A DNA stretch of 16,163 nt from an uncultured bacterium (GTDB lineage Bacteria > Edwardsbacteria > AC1 > EtOH8), in contig CAWAAX010000019.1 in the NCBI GenBank assembly GCA_963780225.1, positions 1 to 16,163 on the forward strand. The letters are read 5' to 3'. Both the position numbers and the translations under genes were made by a program. The notes under the pieces were generated by a model that saw only the letters and a program-made list of their open reading frames with translations, did not search any database and was not told the DNA's origin. Shown in pieces: positions 7,121-15,199 of this stretch (its first letter is position 1; each line of letters starts with the position of its first letter).

Positions 7121-7316
7121 GTTGTCGCGTTAAAACGATCAGTGAGCATCGCAGTTGACGGCGGTTAAAAGCTTGTCTGCGGCTGTTTGAGGGATTGGCA
7201 AAATCCCGAGTTCAGACAAGCCCGCCGGCAATGAGAAGCGCAACGCCCGGAGAGTTTTAAGCGACGAGCTTTTTCTTTTGGTTCTTCTCTTTTTGGCGGC
7301 ACAAAAAGAAAAGAAC
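7121..7316. other. Structured intergenic element (nested long stem-loop plus terminal hairpin); candidate MITE/REP-like repeat or ncRNA
   Basis: GTCGC-G-TTAAAAC (7124-7136) pairs with GTTTTAA-GCGAC (7254-7265). Inner pairs: CGGCGG/CCGCCG, GCTTGTCTG/CAGACAAGC, GGGATT/AATCCC. Separate hairpin GTTCTTCTCTTTTTG-GCGGCA-CAAAAAGAAAAGAAC at 7281-7316. Confidence 0.7.
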
Positions 7317-7397
7317 GTAATCGGACTAAATCAGGGTTTTTACCATTTCCTGTACATACTTTTTACTTTTCCGGCGCAAGTTATACATGAAAACACT

Positions 7398-7426
7398 AAA
7401 AACCCCCGCCTGCGGCGGGGGTTTTT
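7398..7426. terminator. Bidirectional intrinsic terminator between convergent genes
   Basis: AAAAA-CCCCCGCC-TGC-GGCGGGGG-TTTTT. Confidence 0.88.
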
Positions 7427-7462
7427 GAATTTGTCTGGAATTCATGTTTTGGGGATGCTATC

Positions 7463-8596
7463 TCAGCCCGCTATCCGGCGGTCCTCCCCCAGCCTCCGGC
7501 TGCCCACCATTTCCTCCACTCCGCTGATGATCCGCAAAATGTCGCGGTGGCTGGGCGGAATGCCCTGGCTGGGCTGGGTCTGGGCGAATTCCATGTTACG
7601 GTACAATTTTATCAGCCTCCCTCCGCTTTCGCGCTCGATGGCCGCCGACAGTTTTTCCCCAGGGAAATAATCCTTCTCCTGGTGGTGGCTGAAGGTCGGG
7701 TTTATCAGCAGCAGCGGGACCTTGTCCTTGCGGAAGAGCTTGGCGGCCCGCACCGATTCCCGGTAAGCCGGCTCGTCGAAGGGGTCGGGGGAATGGAGGG
7801 TCAGCGGCTCGGGATAGCAGTCGGTCAAAGCGATCACCAGGCTGGAGGAGCCAGGCGAACGGTGCTTCTGCAGGCGGATCATGGCCAGGGCCTTCTGCAT
7901 CCCGTCGGCCAGCGGGGTCTGCCCGTGAACGGCCAGCGACAGCAGGCTTTTGGTGACCACCCGGTAATTGTGGGTGGGATGGTTCAGGATCTGGGCCTGG
8001 ACCCCGGACAGCGAGATCAGCCCGATCCGGTCCTTGTTCATCCGGAAATAGCCGGTCAGCGAGTTGATGATCTCGGCCATCACGTTGATGTAGGGGTGGG
8101 TGGAGTGGCTGACGTCGGCCAGCAGCACCAGGGTCAGGCTCTGCCGCTCCGCCTTTTCCCAGCCCACCAGGTCCCGGCCGCCGATGGAGAACCGCCGGGA
8201 ACTGAATTCGTACCTGCCCTGCCCGGCGGCTTTGATCAGGGTCTGCACCGGGGCCAGAGTATTCTCGCCCGGTTGGTAGAGGACCTGCTTGACGTTGCGT
8301 CCCGAGCGCTCGGTGACCACCGTCCGGCGTTTGGGGCTTCCCTTGAACGAACGGGCCTTGGTCTTTCCGATCTTTTTCAGGAATTTCAGGAAACCGCCTT
8401 TGAGCCTGGCGGTAAGACTGCGGGAGGGATCGAACAGGGGAATGGGCCGGCCCGGGGAAATTACTGCGACTTCCTTGGGCTTGGTAAAGCGGCGTTTGAC
8501 CTTGTCAAAGAGGCTCCTCAGGATATTCCTGTCGGCATTCCCCGGCTGAACATTAAGCCTGGCCGTTTGCAGTGCCTGCTGTTTGGTTTTTATTTG
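7463..8596 (-). CDS. C-terminal linker and VWA half of a ChlD/BchD-like chelatase subunit, in the -1 frame relative to the upstream AAA+ ORF
   Basis: MIDAS motif DVSHS, GQTPLADG, VIALTD, and ChlD-like SGRNVK / LAPVQTLIKAA. The frame is open from the A9 run (QIKTKQQALQTARL...) for about 92 codons before the first GTG at 8320. Confidence 0.85.
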   Translation of the reverse strand, partial: QIKTKQQALQTARLNVQPGNADRNILRSLFDKVKRRFTKPKEVAVISPGRPIPLFDPSRSLTARLKGGFLKFLKKIGKTKARSFKGSPKRRTVVTERSGRNVKQVLYQPGENTLAPVQTLIKAAGQGRYEFSSRRFSIGGRDLVGWEKAERQSLTLVLLADVSHSTHPYINVMAEIINSLTGYFRMNKDRIGLISLSGVQAQILNHPTHNYRVVTKSLLSLAVHGQTPLADGMQKALAMIRLQKHRSPGSSSLVIALTDCYPEPLTLHSPDPFDEPAYRESVRAAKLFRKDKVPLLLINPTFSHHQEKDYFPGEKLSAAIERESGGRLIKLYRNMEFAQTQPSQGIPPSHRDILRIISGVEEMVGSRRLGEDRRIAG

Positions 8597-9717
8597 TTTT
8601 TTTTTACTCCCTCGGCGCCGGAGCCCGGCATTGCCTGCTCTGGCTGAAGCGCTTTGTTTTCGTTGACCGCCAGGTCTTTGGCGGCCGGGACCGCTGCCGT
8701 GTGTTTGCCAAAACTGCGGGCGATCTCCTCGGGCGATGGCGGTTCCAGCAGGCCGCCGTCCCGGGTGCGGTGCACCAGGGCCAGCTCGGCCGCCAGCATT
8801 ATGTCCTCGCGGGCGGTCTGGGTCCTGTTATTGAGCGCGGCCAGGGTCAGGGCAGTCTTGATGATCACGATGTCCGGGCGCTGGCCGTCCACCTTCAACT
8901 CGGCGCAGGAGCGGGCCACCGCCGCCACTGCCTCGTCGCCGGCCGTGACCCGCGGCAGCATTGCCCTGGCGGTTACTATGGCGGCTTTCAGCGCCTGCGA
9001 TTGGGACTCGTATAGCTTAAAGAATTCCTCCGGATGGTCCTCGAACATCAGGTTGGCCCGGACTATCTCCACCCGCTGTTCCGGGTCCTTTACCGTCTCT
9101 ATCCGGACGCATAGCGGGAAACGGTCCAGGATCTGGGGTCTTAAGTCGCCCTCCTCCGGGTTCATGGTCCCCACCAGCACAAAGCCGGCCGGGTGGGAGA
9201 CGGAAACCCCCTCCCGCTCGATGGTGTTCCAGTGCGAGGCCGCCGCGTCCAGGATGTCGTCCACCAGGTGGTCGGGCAGCAGGTTGACCTCGTCCACGTA
9301 AAGGATGTTGCCGTTGGCCGCGCCCAGGATCCCCGGCTGAACAACCTTCTCTCCGGTCTTAAGCAGTTTCTCCACGTCGATGCTGCCCACCAGCCGGTCC
9401 TCGCTGCAGGACAGCGGCAGGTTGACTATCCGCATCGGCCGGGTAATGCCCTGGTGGCCGCTCTTCTCCCGGCACAGGGTGCAGAACCGGGACGGGTCGG
9501 CCGGGTCACAGTTGAAGGGGCAGTCCTGCACCGCGCTGTGATCGGGCAACGCCGAGGCTATCGAATGCACGGCGGTGCTCTTGCCGGTGCCCTTGGGCCC
9601 GGAGATCAGCAGTCCGCCGATGCGCGGGTTGACCACATTGGCCAGATAGGCTGTCTTCAGCTTGTCCTGGCCGATGATGGCCGGAAAGGGGAACATCCGG
9701 CGTGAAGTTTTGTTCAT
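8590..9717 (-). CDS. ChlI-like AAA+ ATPase (Mg/Co chelatase family); N-terminal half of a frameshifted chlD-like gene
   Basis: FPFPAIIGQ, Walker A GPKGTGKS, EDRLVGSID, Walker B LYVDEVNLL, REGVSVSHPA, GTMNPEEGDLRPQILDRF. Confidence 0.93.
   Translation of the reverse strand: MNKTSRRMFPFPAIIGQDKLKTAYLANVVNPRIGGLLISGPKGTGKSTAVHSIASALPDHSAVQDCPFNCDPADPSRFCTLCREKSGHQGITRPMRIVNLPLSCSEDRLVGSIDVEKLLKTGEKVVQPGILGAANGNILYVDEVNLLPDHLVDDILDAAASHWNTIEREGVSVSHPAGFVLVGTMNPEEGDLRPQILDRFPLCVRIETVKDPEQRVEIVRANLMFEDHPEEFFKLYESQSQALKAAIVTARAMLPRVTAGDEAVAAVARSCAELKVDGQRPDIVIIKTALTLAALNNRTQTAREDIMLAAELALVHRTRDGGLLEPPSPEEIARSFGKHTAAVPAAKDLAVNENKALQPEQAMPGSGAEGVKKNK
8596..8613 (-). promoter_or_regulatory. Putative -1 frameshift or transcriptional slippage site (A9 run)
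   Basis: Minus strand reads GAG GGA GTA AAA AAA AAC AAA TAA (T9 at 8597-8605 on +). A -1 shift joins the AAA+ and VWA frames. Confidence 0.8.
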
Positions 9718-9723
9718 GCGATC

Positions 9724-9752
9724 ATTATAGTGATGGAGGCTTTAAATGTCAA
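9724..9752 (-). promoter_or_regulatory. Consensus sigma70 promoter; probable leaderless start of the chelatase gene
   Basis: Minus strand: TTGACA (9752-9747), 17 bp, TATAAT (9729-9724), 6 nt, ATG (9717). No SD. Confidence 0.85.
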
Positions 9753-9895
9753 CAATTGTTTTTTATTTATCATCCGGCCGGACATTGAAGAAAGAGGCGG
9801 ATGACCGGGCCGTTTGATCACGGCAAAAAGATCGAAATATTTTCATTATTTAGTTGCATATTACCCCCTGTTATGCTTAAATTATTGAATACGCC

Positions 9896-9984
9896 ATAAA
9901 TGACATCATCAAACATATCCGGGCCGAGCTGCTTAAGAATGTGGACCCCGTTTACCGCCGGGATGCGCACAGTCCATTTAAGGA
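9896..9984 (+). pseudogene. Possible 5' remnant of a gene (resembles an AlkD-type DNA alkylation repair N-terminus)
   Basis: GCC-ATA AAT GAC ATC ATC AAA CAT ATC CGG GCC GAG CTG... translates to (I)NDIIKHIRAELLKNVDPVYRRDAHSPFKD. Host-like codons, ATA in place of ATG, runs into the convergent regulator gene. Confidence 0.35.
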
Positions 9985-10623
9985 TCAATACCGGATGGCG
10001 GTAAAATTGCCCTGCTCCCACGACAGCACCAGGAAGATGTTGAAATTGCTGATCTGCCCCTCCAGGCTGCAGGTCCCGATGGCCCCATCGGTTATGTGCA
10101 GACAGCCCTGCTGGCCCTGGGAATTGGTAATGTCGATGCGCCCGGTCCAGCCGCCGATGGAGAAAAGCTCCAGCACATTGAACACGTTTATCACCGACAG
10201 CTGGCCGGCCCACTCCTTGGCCTTCCGGGCCAGCATGGCCCGGGCCTTGCTGGCGTACTTCAACCGCAGGTCAATGCCCTTGTACAGTTCCTCCCTCTTC
10301 AGGGGCTTGGTCAGGTAGCGGGCGGCGCCCACCGCATAACCGTGAATGATGCTGGCCCGGTCGGACTTGGCCGAGAGCATGATCACCGGAATGTGCCACA
10401 GCTCCGGGATCTTTTTGACGGCCCGGCACAGCTCGTAGCCGTCCATCATCGGCATCATGATGTCGGTCAGGATCAGGTCCACCTGCTTCTCTTTGGCTAC
10501 CTGCAGTCCGTCCTGGCCGTCGCGGGCCTGGATCACCTGGTAACCGGCGCTCCGCAATTGGAATTCCAGCAGGCGAGCCATATTGGCTTCATCTTCTACC
10601 ACCAGAATGGTGTACTTTTCCAT
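9985..10623 (-). CDS. Response regulator: receiver domain plus DUF4388 (PatA_N-like) domain
   Basis: ILVVEDE, DLILTDIMMPMMDG, PVIMLSA, YLTKP; C-terminal GQLS...LEL...TGRI...G-x-L-x-I-x-DG...LSWEQGNF. GGAGG SD. Confidence 0.88.
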   Translation of the reverse strand: MEKYTILVVEDEANMARLLEFQLRSAGYQVIQARDGQDGLQVAKEKQVDLILTDIMMPMMDGYELCRAVKKIPELWHIPVIMLSAKSDRASIIHGYAVGAARYLTKPLKREELYKGIDLRLKYASKARAMLARKAKEWAGQLSVINVFNVLELFSIGGWTGRIDITNSQGQQGCLHITDGAIGTCSLEGQISNFNIFLVLSWEQGNFTAIRY

Positions 10624-10653
10624 AGGCCTCCGTTTGAAATAAGATTAGGATAA

Positions 10654-10682
10654 ATTGTATACCAAACCAGACAAATTTGCAA
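10654..10682 (-). promoter_or_regulatory. Probable sigma70 promoter for the response regulator
   Basis: Minus strand: TTGCAA (10682-10677), 17 bp, TACAAT (10659-10654). Confidence 0.6.
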
Positions 10683-10726
10683 GCCGGTTCTTTCCATTCA
10701 GGAGAGCAAACAAAAAAAGGCGAGAT

Positions 10727-11407
10727 GTGGATAAAAAAGAACAGACATCGGGGCACCGCCAGAGGTTAAAGGAAAAATTCCGCCAGACCGCCGGAGAAGG
10801 CCTGCACGACTACGAATTGCTGGAACTACTGCTGGCCTATGCCCTGCCCCGCCGCGACGTGAAACCTCTGGCCAAGGAACTGGTCGCCAGGTTCGACGGC
10901 CTGGCCGGAGTGCTGGACGCTTCGCCCGAAGACCTGGAGAAGATCAAAGGCCTGGGAAGCTCCCCGGCGGGGCTGATCAAGCTGGCCAAGCACCTGTCCG
11001 AGCAGTACCTGGCGGCCGAAATGAGATCCCGGGACGCCCTCTCCTCGCCCCAGTCGGTGCTGGCTTTCGCCCGGACCAAGATGGCCGGACTGTCCAACGA
11101 GGCCTTTTTGTGCATCTATCTGAACACCAAGAACGAGGTGCTGAGATACAAAACCATCAACCAGGGCACGGTGGACAAGGCGGCGGTCTATCCCCGGCGG
11201 ATCATCGAAGAGGCCCTGAACCTGCACGCCGCCGGAATGATCCTGGTGCACAACCACCCCAGCGGGCATTGCCAGCCCTCGCCGGAGGACCGCCAGCTGA
11301 CCGACTCCATCGTCAGCGTGGCCAAAACGCTGGATATAAGGGTGCTGGACCATCTGATAGTGGGCCGGCTGGGGTATTACAGCTTTGCCGAGAACAAATT
11401 ATTGTAA
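10727..11407 (+). CDS. radC: RadC family protein (JAB domain)
   Basis: GHRQRLKEKF, DYELLELLL, HhH (IKGLG), VYPRRII, HNHPSG...PSPED, LDHLIVG. GTG start at 10727 after AAGGCGAG. Confidence 0.93.
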   Translation: MDKKEQTSGHRQRLKEKFRQTAGEGLHDYELLELLLAYALPRRDVKPLAKELVARFDGLAGVLDASPEDLEKIKGLGSSPAGLIKLAKHLSEQYLAAEMRSRDALSSPQSVLAFARTKMAGLSNEAFLCIYLNTKNEVLRYKTINQGTVDKAAVYPRRIIEEALNLHAAGMILVHNHPSGHCQPSPEDRQLTDSIVSVAKTLDIRVLDHLIVGRLGYYSFAENKLL

Positions 11408-11423
11408 CAATAAAGTTGTTATT

Positions 11424-12911
11424 ATGCCGAAGAAAAAAGTCATCATCATCGGGGCCGGGCCGGGCGGGCTGACCGCCGGCATGCAGCTGGCCCACAGCGG
11501 GCACCAGGTGGAGATCTTCGAAAAGAAGGACGTGGTGGGCGGCCGCAACGCCCCCATCAGGCTGGGCGGATTCACCTTTGACACCGGCCCCACTTTCCTG
11601 ATGCTGCTGGAAGTGCTGGAGCAGTCCTTCGCCGACGCCGGCCGGGACATGAACAAATACCTGGACCTGAAACGCATCGATCCCATGTACCGCCTGCGCT
11701 TCGACGGGGCAAAGGACTTCTTCCCCACCGGCGACGAGAAGAGGATGGTGGAGGAGATCGAGCGGGCTTTCCCCGGGGACGGCCAAAATTACCTGCGGTT
11801 CAAAAAGACCGAGGGAAAAAAGTTCGACCGGGTCTATCCCTGCCTGAAGGTGCCCTACGGCAGTTTGCTCTCTTATCTCAAGCCCCGGTTCCTTAAAGCC
11901 ATCCCCCGGCTGGATCCCTTCGCCTCGGTCTATCACCGGCTGGCCGGCTATTTTAAGCACGAGCACCTACGGATCGCCATGACCTTCCAGGCCAAGTACC
12001 TGGGAATGTCGCCCTGGCAGTGCCCGGCCACCTTCACCATCCTTTCGGTGATCGAGCACAAGTTCGGCATCTACCACCCCATCGGCGGGCTCAATAAGAT
12101 ATCGGAAGCCATGGCCAAAGTGATCGAAGAGGACGGCGGCAGGATCCACCTGAACACCCCGGTAAAACAATTGCTGGTGAAGGACCGCACCGCCAAAGGC
12201 GTTTTGCTGGAGGACGGCCGGACCATAGAGGCCGACGCGGTGATCATCAACCCCGATTTCGCCTGGGCCATGAGCCATCTGGTAAAGCCCGAAGACCGGA
12301 GGAAATACACCGACGCCAAACTAAAAAAGATGGAATATTCCTGCTCCACCTTCATGCTCTACCTGGGCCTGGACAAGCGGTACGACATACCGCACCACAA
12401 CGTGATCTTCGCCGATGACTACCGGGACAACGTGGAGGACATCGTCCACCGCAAGGCCTTGTCCAGCGATCCCTCGGTCTACATCCAGAACGCCAGCATC
12501 ACCGACCCCACTTTGGCCCCGGCCGGCAAATCGGCAATTTACGTGCTGGTGCCGGTTACCAACCAGACCTCGGGGTTGGACTGGCAGAAGGAGCGAAAAT
12601 CCTTCCGCGACCGGGTGATCGGGATCATCAAGCATAAGACCGAGCTCAAGGACATTGACCAACATATAGAGGCGGAGAAGATCATCACCCCGGCCGACTG
12701 GGAAAATGAATACGGGATATACCACGGGGCCACCTTCAACCTCAGCCATAAGATCTCCCAGATGTTGTCCTTTAGGCCCCACAACCGTTTTGAGGAATTT
12801 CGGAACTGCTACCTGGTGGGCGGCGGCACCCATCCCGGCTCCGGCCTGCCGACCATTTACCAGTCGGGGAGAATCGTAGCCGCAATGATCATGGGAACGA
12901 AAGTTTCCTGA
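11424..12911 (+). CDS. crtI: Phytoene/dehydrosqualene desaturase family FAD oxidoreductase (CrtI/CrtN-like)
   Basis: IIGAGPGGL, VGGRN, FTFDTGPT, YSCSTFMLYLG, YVLVPV, YLVGGGTHPGSGLPTI. ATG at 11424. Confidence 0.88.
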   Translation: MPKKKVIIIGAGPGGLTAGMQLAHSGHQVEIFEKKDVVGGRNAPIRLGGFTFDTGPTFLMLLEVLEQSFADAGRDMNKYLDLKRIDPMYRLRFDGAKDFFPTGDEKRMVEEIERAFPGDGQNYLRFKKTEGKKFDRVYPCLKVPYGSLLSYLKPRFLKAIPRLDPFASVYHRLAGYFKHEHLRIAMTFQAKYLGMSPWQCPATFTILSVIEHKFGIYHPIGGLNKISEAMAKVIEEDGGRIHLNTPVKQLLVKDRTAKGVLLEDGRTIEADAVIINPDFAWAMSHLVKPEDRRKYTDAKLKKMEYSCSTFMLYLGLDKRYDIPHHNVIFADDYRDNVEDIVHRKALSSDPSVYIQNASITDPTLAPAGKSAIYVLVPVTNQTSGLDWQKERKSFRDRVIGIIKHKTELKDIDQHIEAEKIITPADWENEYGIYHGATFNLSHKISQMLSFRPHNRFEEFRNCYLVGGGTHPGSGLPTIYQSGRIVAAMIMGTKVS

Positions 12912-12939
12912 TCGAACCAATTATGAAAGGAACAGAACC

Positions 12940-13188
12940 ATGCCAGACCAATTCACCGAAGAAATAAAGGTGTCCGGGGAGCAGCTGCTGGCCAAGATCA
13001 AAGAACTGGTCCGTCAGGGCAACATCCGCCGTATCACCATCATCGACCGGGATGGCAAGACCATCATGGCTTTCCCGCTGACCATCGGGGTGGTGGGCGC
13101 CCTGATCGCCCCCACCCTGGCCGCCATCGGCGCGGTGGCGGCGCTGGTGACCGAATGCACGGTCAAGGTGGAGCGGGAACAGCAGTAA
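12940..13188 (+). CDS. DUF4342 family small protein
   Basis: LLAKIKELVRQGNIRRITI...PLTIGVVGALIAP...AALVTECTVKVER. AAGGAA SD. Confidence 0.85.
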   Translation: MPDQFTEEIKVSGEQLLAKIKELVRQGNIRRITIIDRDGKTIMAFPLTIGVVGALIAPTLAAIGAVAALVTECTVKVEREQQ

Positions 13189-13237
13189 CGCGCCCGGCAG
13201 TGCATTTAATTTCCCTAACAACTTATGAGGGGATATC

Positions 13238-14176
13238 ATGAAGATCACATACAAATACGTCTTCTTTCACTTGATCGTGCTATTATCTTTCTCTTATCCC
13301 CTGTATGCTGATCGCTCAGACAAATGTCTTGATTATATCCAACGTAAATATTATTTCACTGTGGATTCAATCATCCGTGACTGGGAGCACGATTCCGTAC
13401 CTGATCCTGAACTGTTTGTTGTTAAAACAAATTATTTTTTCAGCTTGGCATCGTCTAATTTGCTCAGAATTGATAAAAAAGTGCCCATTGGTAGCAAGGC
13501 TATTCCTATCCAGCATAAAGAAACAGGAGAAATATACTACATTCATGACGATAAATCATACAAGCCAGAATTTGTCGATTCGGCAATATCAAGCGTAAAA
13601 ACCGGCATACGTTTATTTCCACACCGTTTTGATCTACGTTTTGGTCTCGCCTATATCTGCCAAGAGATTGGAGATATAAAGGCCCAGGTAAGTATCTTAT
13701 CACAGACGATAGAGCATGCAAACGCATACCCTGATTCGGCACTGTGGGCAAAAAACAAACCAATAGCCAACACAGATTCATTTCTGATTCAATCACTGCA
13801 CAGCTATGGCCTGTATTATTACCAAACGGAAGAAGATGAGAAATTTGGACAAATTGCTAAACTCCATGTGAAATACTTTCCACATAGTGTAATCGGACTC
13901 AATGACCTTGGCAACTACTATGGGTTCAAGCGGCTGTGGCGAAAAGCATTGGAACAGTATATGACAGCCTTCGCAGGGGATACCACTGATATGCTGGTGT
14001 TAAACAATATAGCCCACACATACAAGAAACTCGGTAATAACCACAACGCCATTAAATATTACACAAAAGTCATTAATAACACCACGGATCAACAGGTCAA
14101 GGAACAAGCCATTGACGGAATAAATTCCTTAAAGATAAAAGCGGCACCCAAGCAACAGCGAAATAATAAACCTTGA
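13238..14176 (+). CDS. Secreted tetratricopeptide-repeat protein (AT-rich, probably acquired)
   Basis: GAGGGG SD, signal peptide ending LYA-D, TPR-like segments (LNDLGNYY...ALEQY; LNNIAHTYKKLGN...AIKYYTKVI). A/T-ending codons. Confidence 0.8.
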   Translation: MKITYKYVFFHLIVLLSFSYPLYADRSDKCLDYIQRKYYFTVDSIIRDWEHDSVPDPELFVVKTNYFFSLASSNLLRIDKKVPIGSKAIPIQHKETGEIYYIHDDKSYKPEFVDSAISSVKTGIRLFPHRFDLRFGLAYICQEIGDIKAQVSILSQTIEHANAYPDSALWAKNKPIANTDSFLIQSLHSYGLYYYQTEEDEKFGQIAKLHVKYFPHSVIGLNDLGNYYGFKRLWRKALEQYMTAFAGDTTDMLVLNNIAHTYKKLGNNHNAIKYYTKVINNTTDQQVKEQAIDGINSLKIKAAPKQQRNNKP

Positions 14177-15156
14177 GTTATAAAGATACATTAGCCAAAC
14201 CCCGGATAGTCGTCAGCAAATGCCTGGGCTTTGCCGCCTGCCGCTACAACGGCCTGATGATCTCCAGTCCTTTTGTAAGAAAGCTTAAGGACCACGTGGC
14301 CTTCATCCCGGTCTGCCCGGAGCAGGAGATCGGCCTGGGCGTGCCCCGTGATCCCATCCGGATCATCGAAAACAAGGGCCGCCGCACTCTGTACCAGCCG
14401 GCCACCGGACGGGATGTAACGGCGGAGATGAACGCCTTTGCCGGAGGTTTCTTAAATGACCTGGGGCCGGTGGACGGCTTTCTGCTGAAGACCCGCTCCC
14501 CCTCCTGCGGCATCAAGGACGTCAAGGTCTATCCCGGTTCGCTTAAGGGCGCGGCTCCGGTCACCGGTAAAAGCTCTGGGTTCTTCGGCGGCCTGGCGCT
14601 TGAGCTCTACCCGGCCCGGGCCATAGAGGACGAGGGCCGGCTGGAGAACGCCGCCATCCGGGAGCATTTTTTGACCAGGATCTTCGCCCTGGCGTGTTTA
14701 AGGGAAACTTTGAACTCCGGATCGGTCAAAAAACTGGTGGAGTTCCACTCCTCCCGCAAACTGTTGCTGATGGCCTACAGCCAGAAGGAGATGCGGGCAC
14801 TGGGAAAATTGGTGGCCCATCAAAACGAGTTAAAATGGACAGAACTGGCGGCCGGGTATCAAGCCCATTTTGAGCAGGCTTTGGGCCGGATCCCCCGGCC
14901 CCGCTCCCATCTCAACGTGCTGATGCATGCCCTGGGCTATTTTAAGGACGAGCTGACCCCGGCCGAGAAAAAATATTTTCTGGAACAACTGGACCTGCTG
15001 GGCCGGGACAAGATCCCGCTTAGCACGGCTGCCACCTTGATCGGGGCTTGGGTAGCCCGGTTTAAGAACAAATATCTTGAACTTCAGACCTACTTTGAGC
15101 CTTATCCCCGGGAGCTGGTGGATATCTCGGACACCGGACGGGGCCGGATGATTTAA
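14173..15156 (+). CDS. DUF523 (TudS thiouracil desulfidase-like) plus DUF1722 (YbgA) fusion; RudS-like
   Basis: Cys motifs SKCLG...RYNG, PVCPEQEIGLGVPR, SPSCG; EDEGRL; LVEFHS, NVLMHALGYF, QTYFEPYP. The TTG start overlaps the upstream TGA. Confidence 0.9.
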   Translation: MSYKDTLAKPRIVVSKCLGFAACRYNGLMISSPFVRKLKDHVAFIPVCPEQEIGLGVPRDPIRIIENKGRRTLYQPATGRDVTAEMNAFAGGFLNDLGPVDGFLLKTRSPSCGIKDVKVYPGSLKGAAPVTGKSSGFFGGLALELYPARAIEDEGRLENAAIREHFLTRIFALACLRETLNSGSVKKLVEFHSSRKLLLMAYSQKEMRALGKLVAHQNELKWTELAAGYQAHFEQALGRIPRPRSHLNVLMHALGYFKDELTPAEKKYFLEQLDLLGRDKIPLSTAATLIGAWVARFKNKYLELQTYFEPYPRELVDISDTGRGRMI

Positions 15157-15199
15157 CTTGAAACAAAAACTATAATTCATCATAAGGGTAAAAGAAAAA

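Noticed and set aside
7278..7670. 130-aa plus-strand ORF
   Set aside because: Starts inside a hairpin, crosses a bidirectional terminator and overlaps the VWA gene antisense.
7547..8647. 366-aa plus-strand ORF, and other long antisense ORFs (e.g. 8654-9301, 11313-11966, 12321-12920)
   Set aside because: Shadow ORFs opposite well-supported genes, expected from high GC3 codon bias; no recognisable motifs.
9770..9829. Inverted repeats TCATCCG/CGGATGA and GCCGT/ACGGC as terminators
   Set aside because: Short stems and no U-tract on the appropriate side; could be chance.
11405..11421. TAACAA-N5-TTGTTA inverted repeat between radC and crtI as an operator
   Set aside because: Only 6-bp AT-rich arms overlapping a stop codon, with no adjacent promoter. 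The partial similarity to the TA boxes (TAACA) is too short to be meaningful.
7463..12911. Photosynthesis gene cluster (chelatase plus crtI)
   Set aside because: No bch/chl, puf or other crt genes in the window; both families are common in non-phototrophs.
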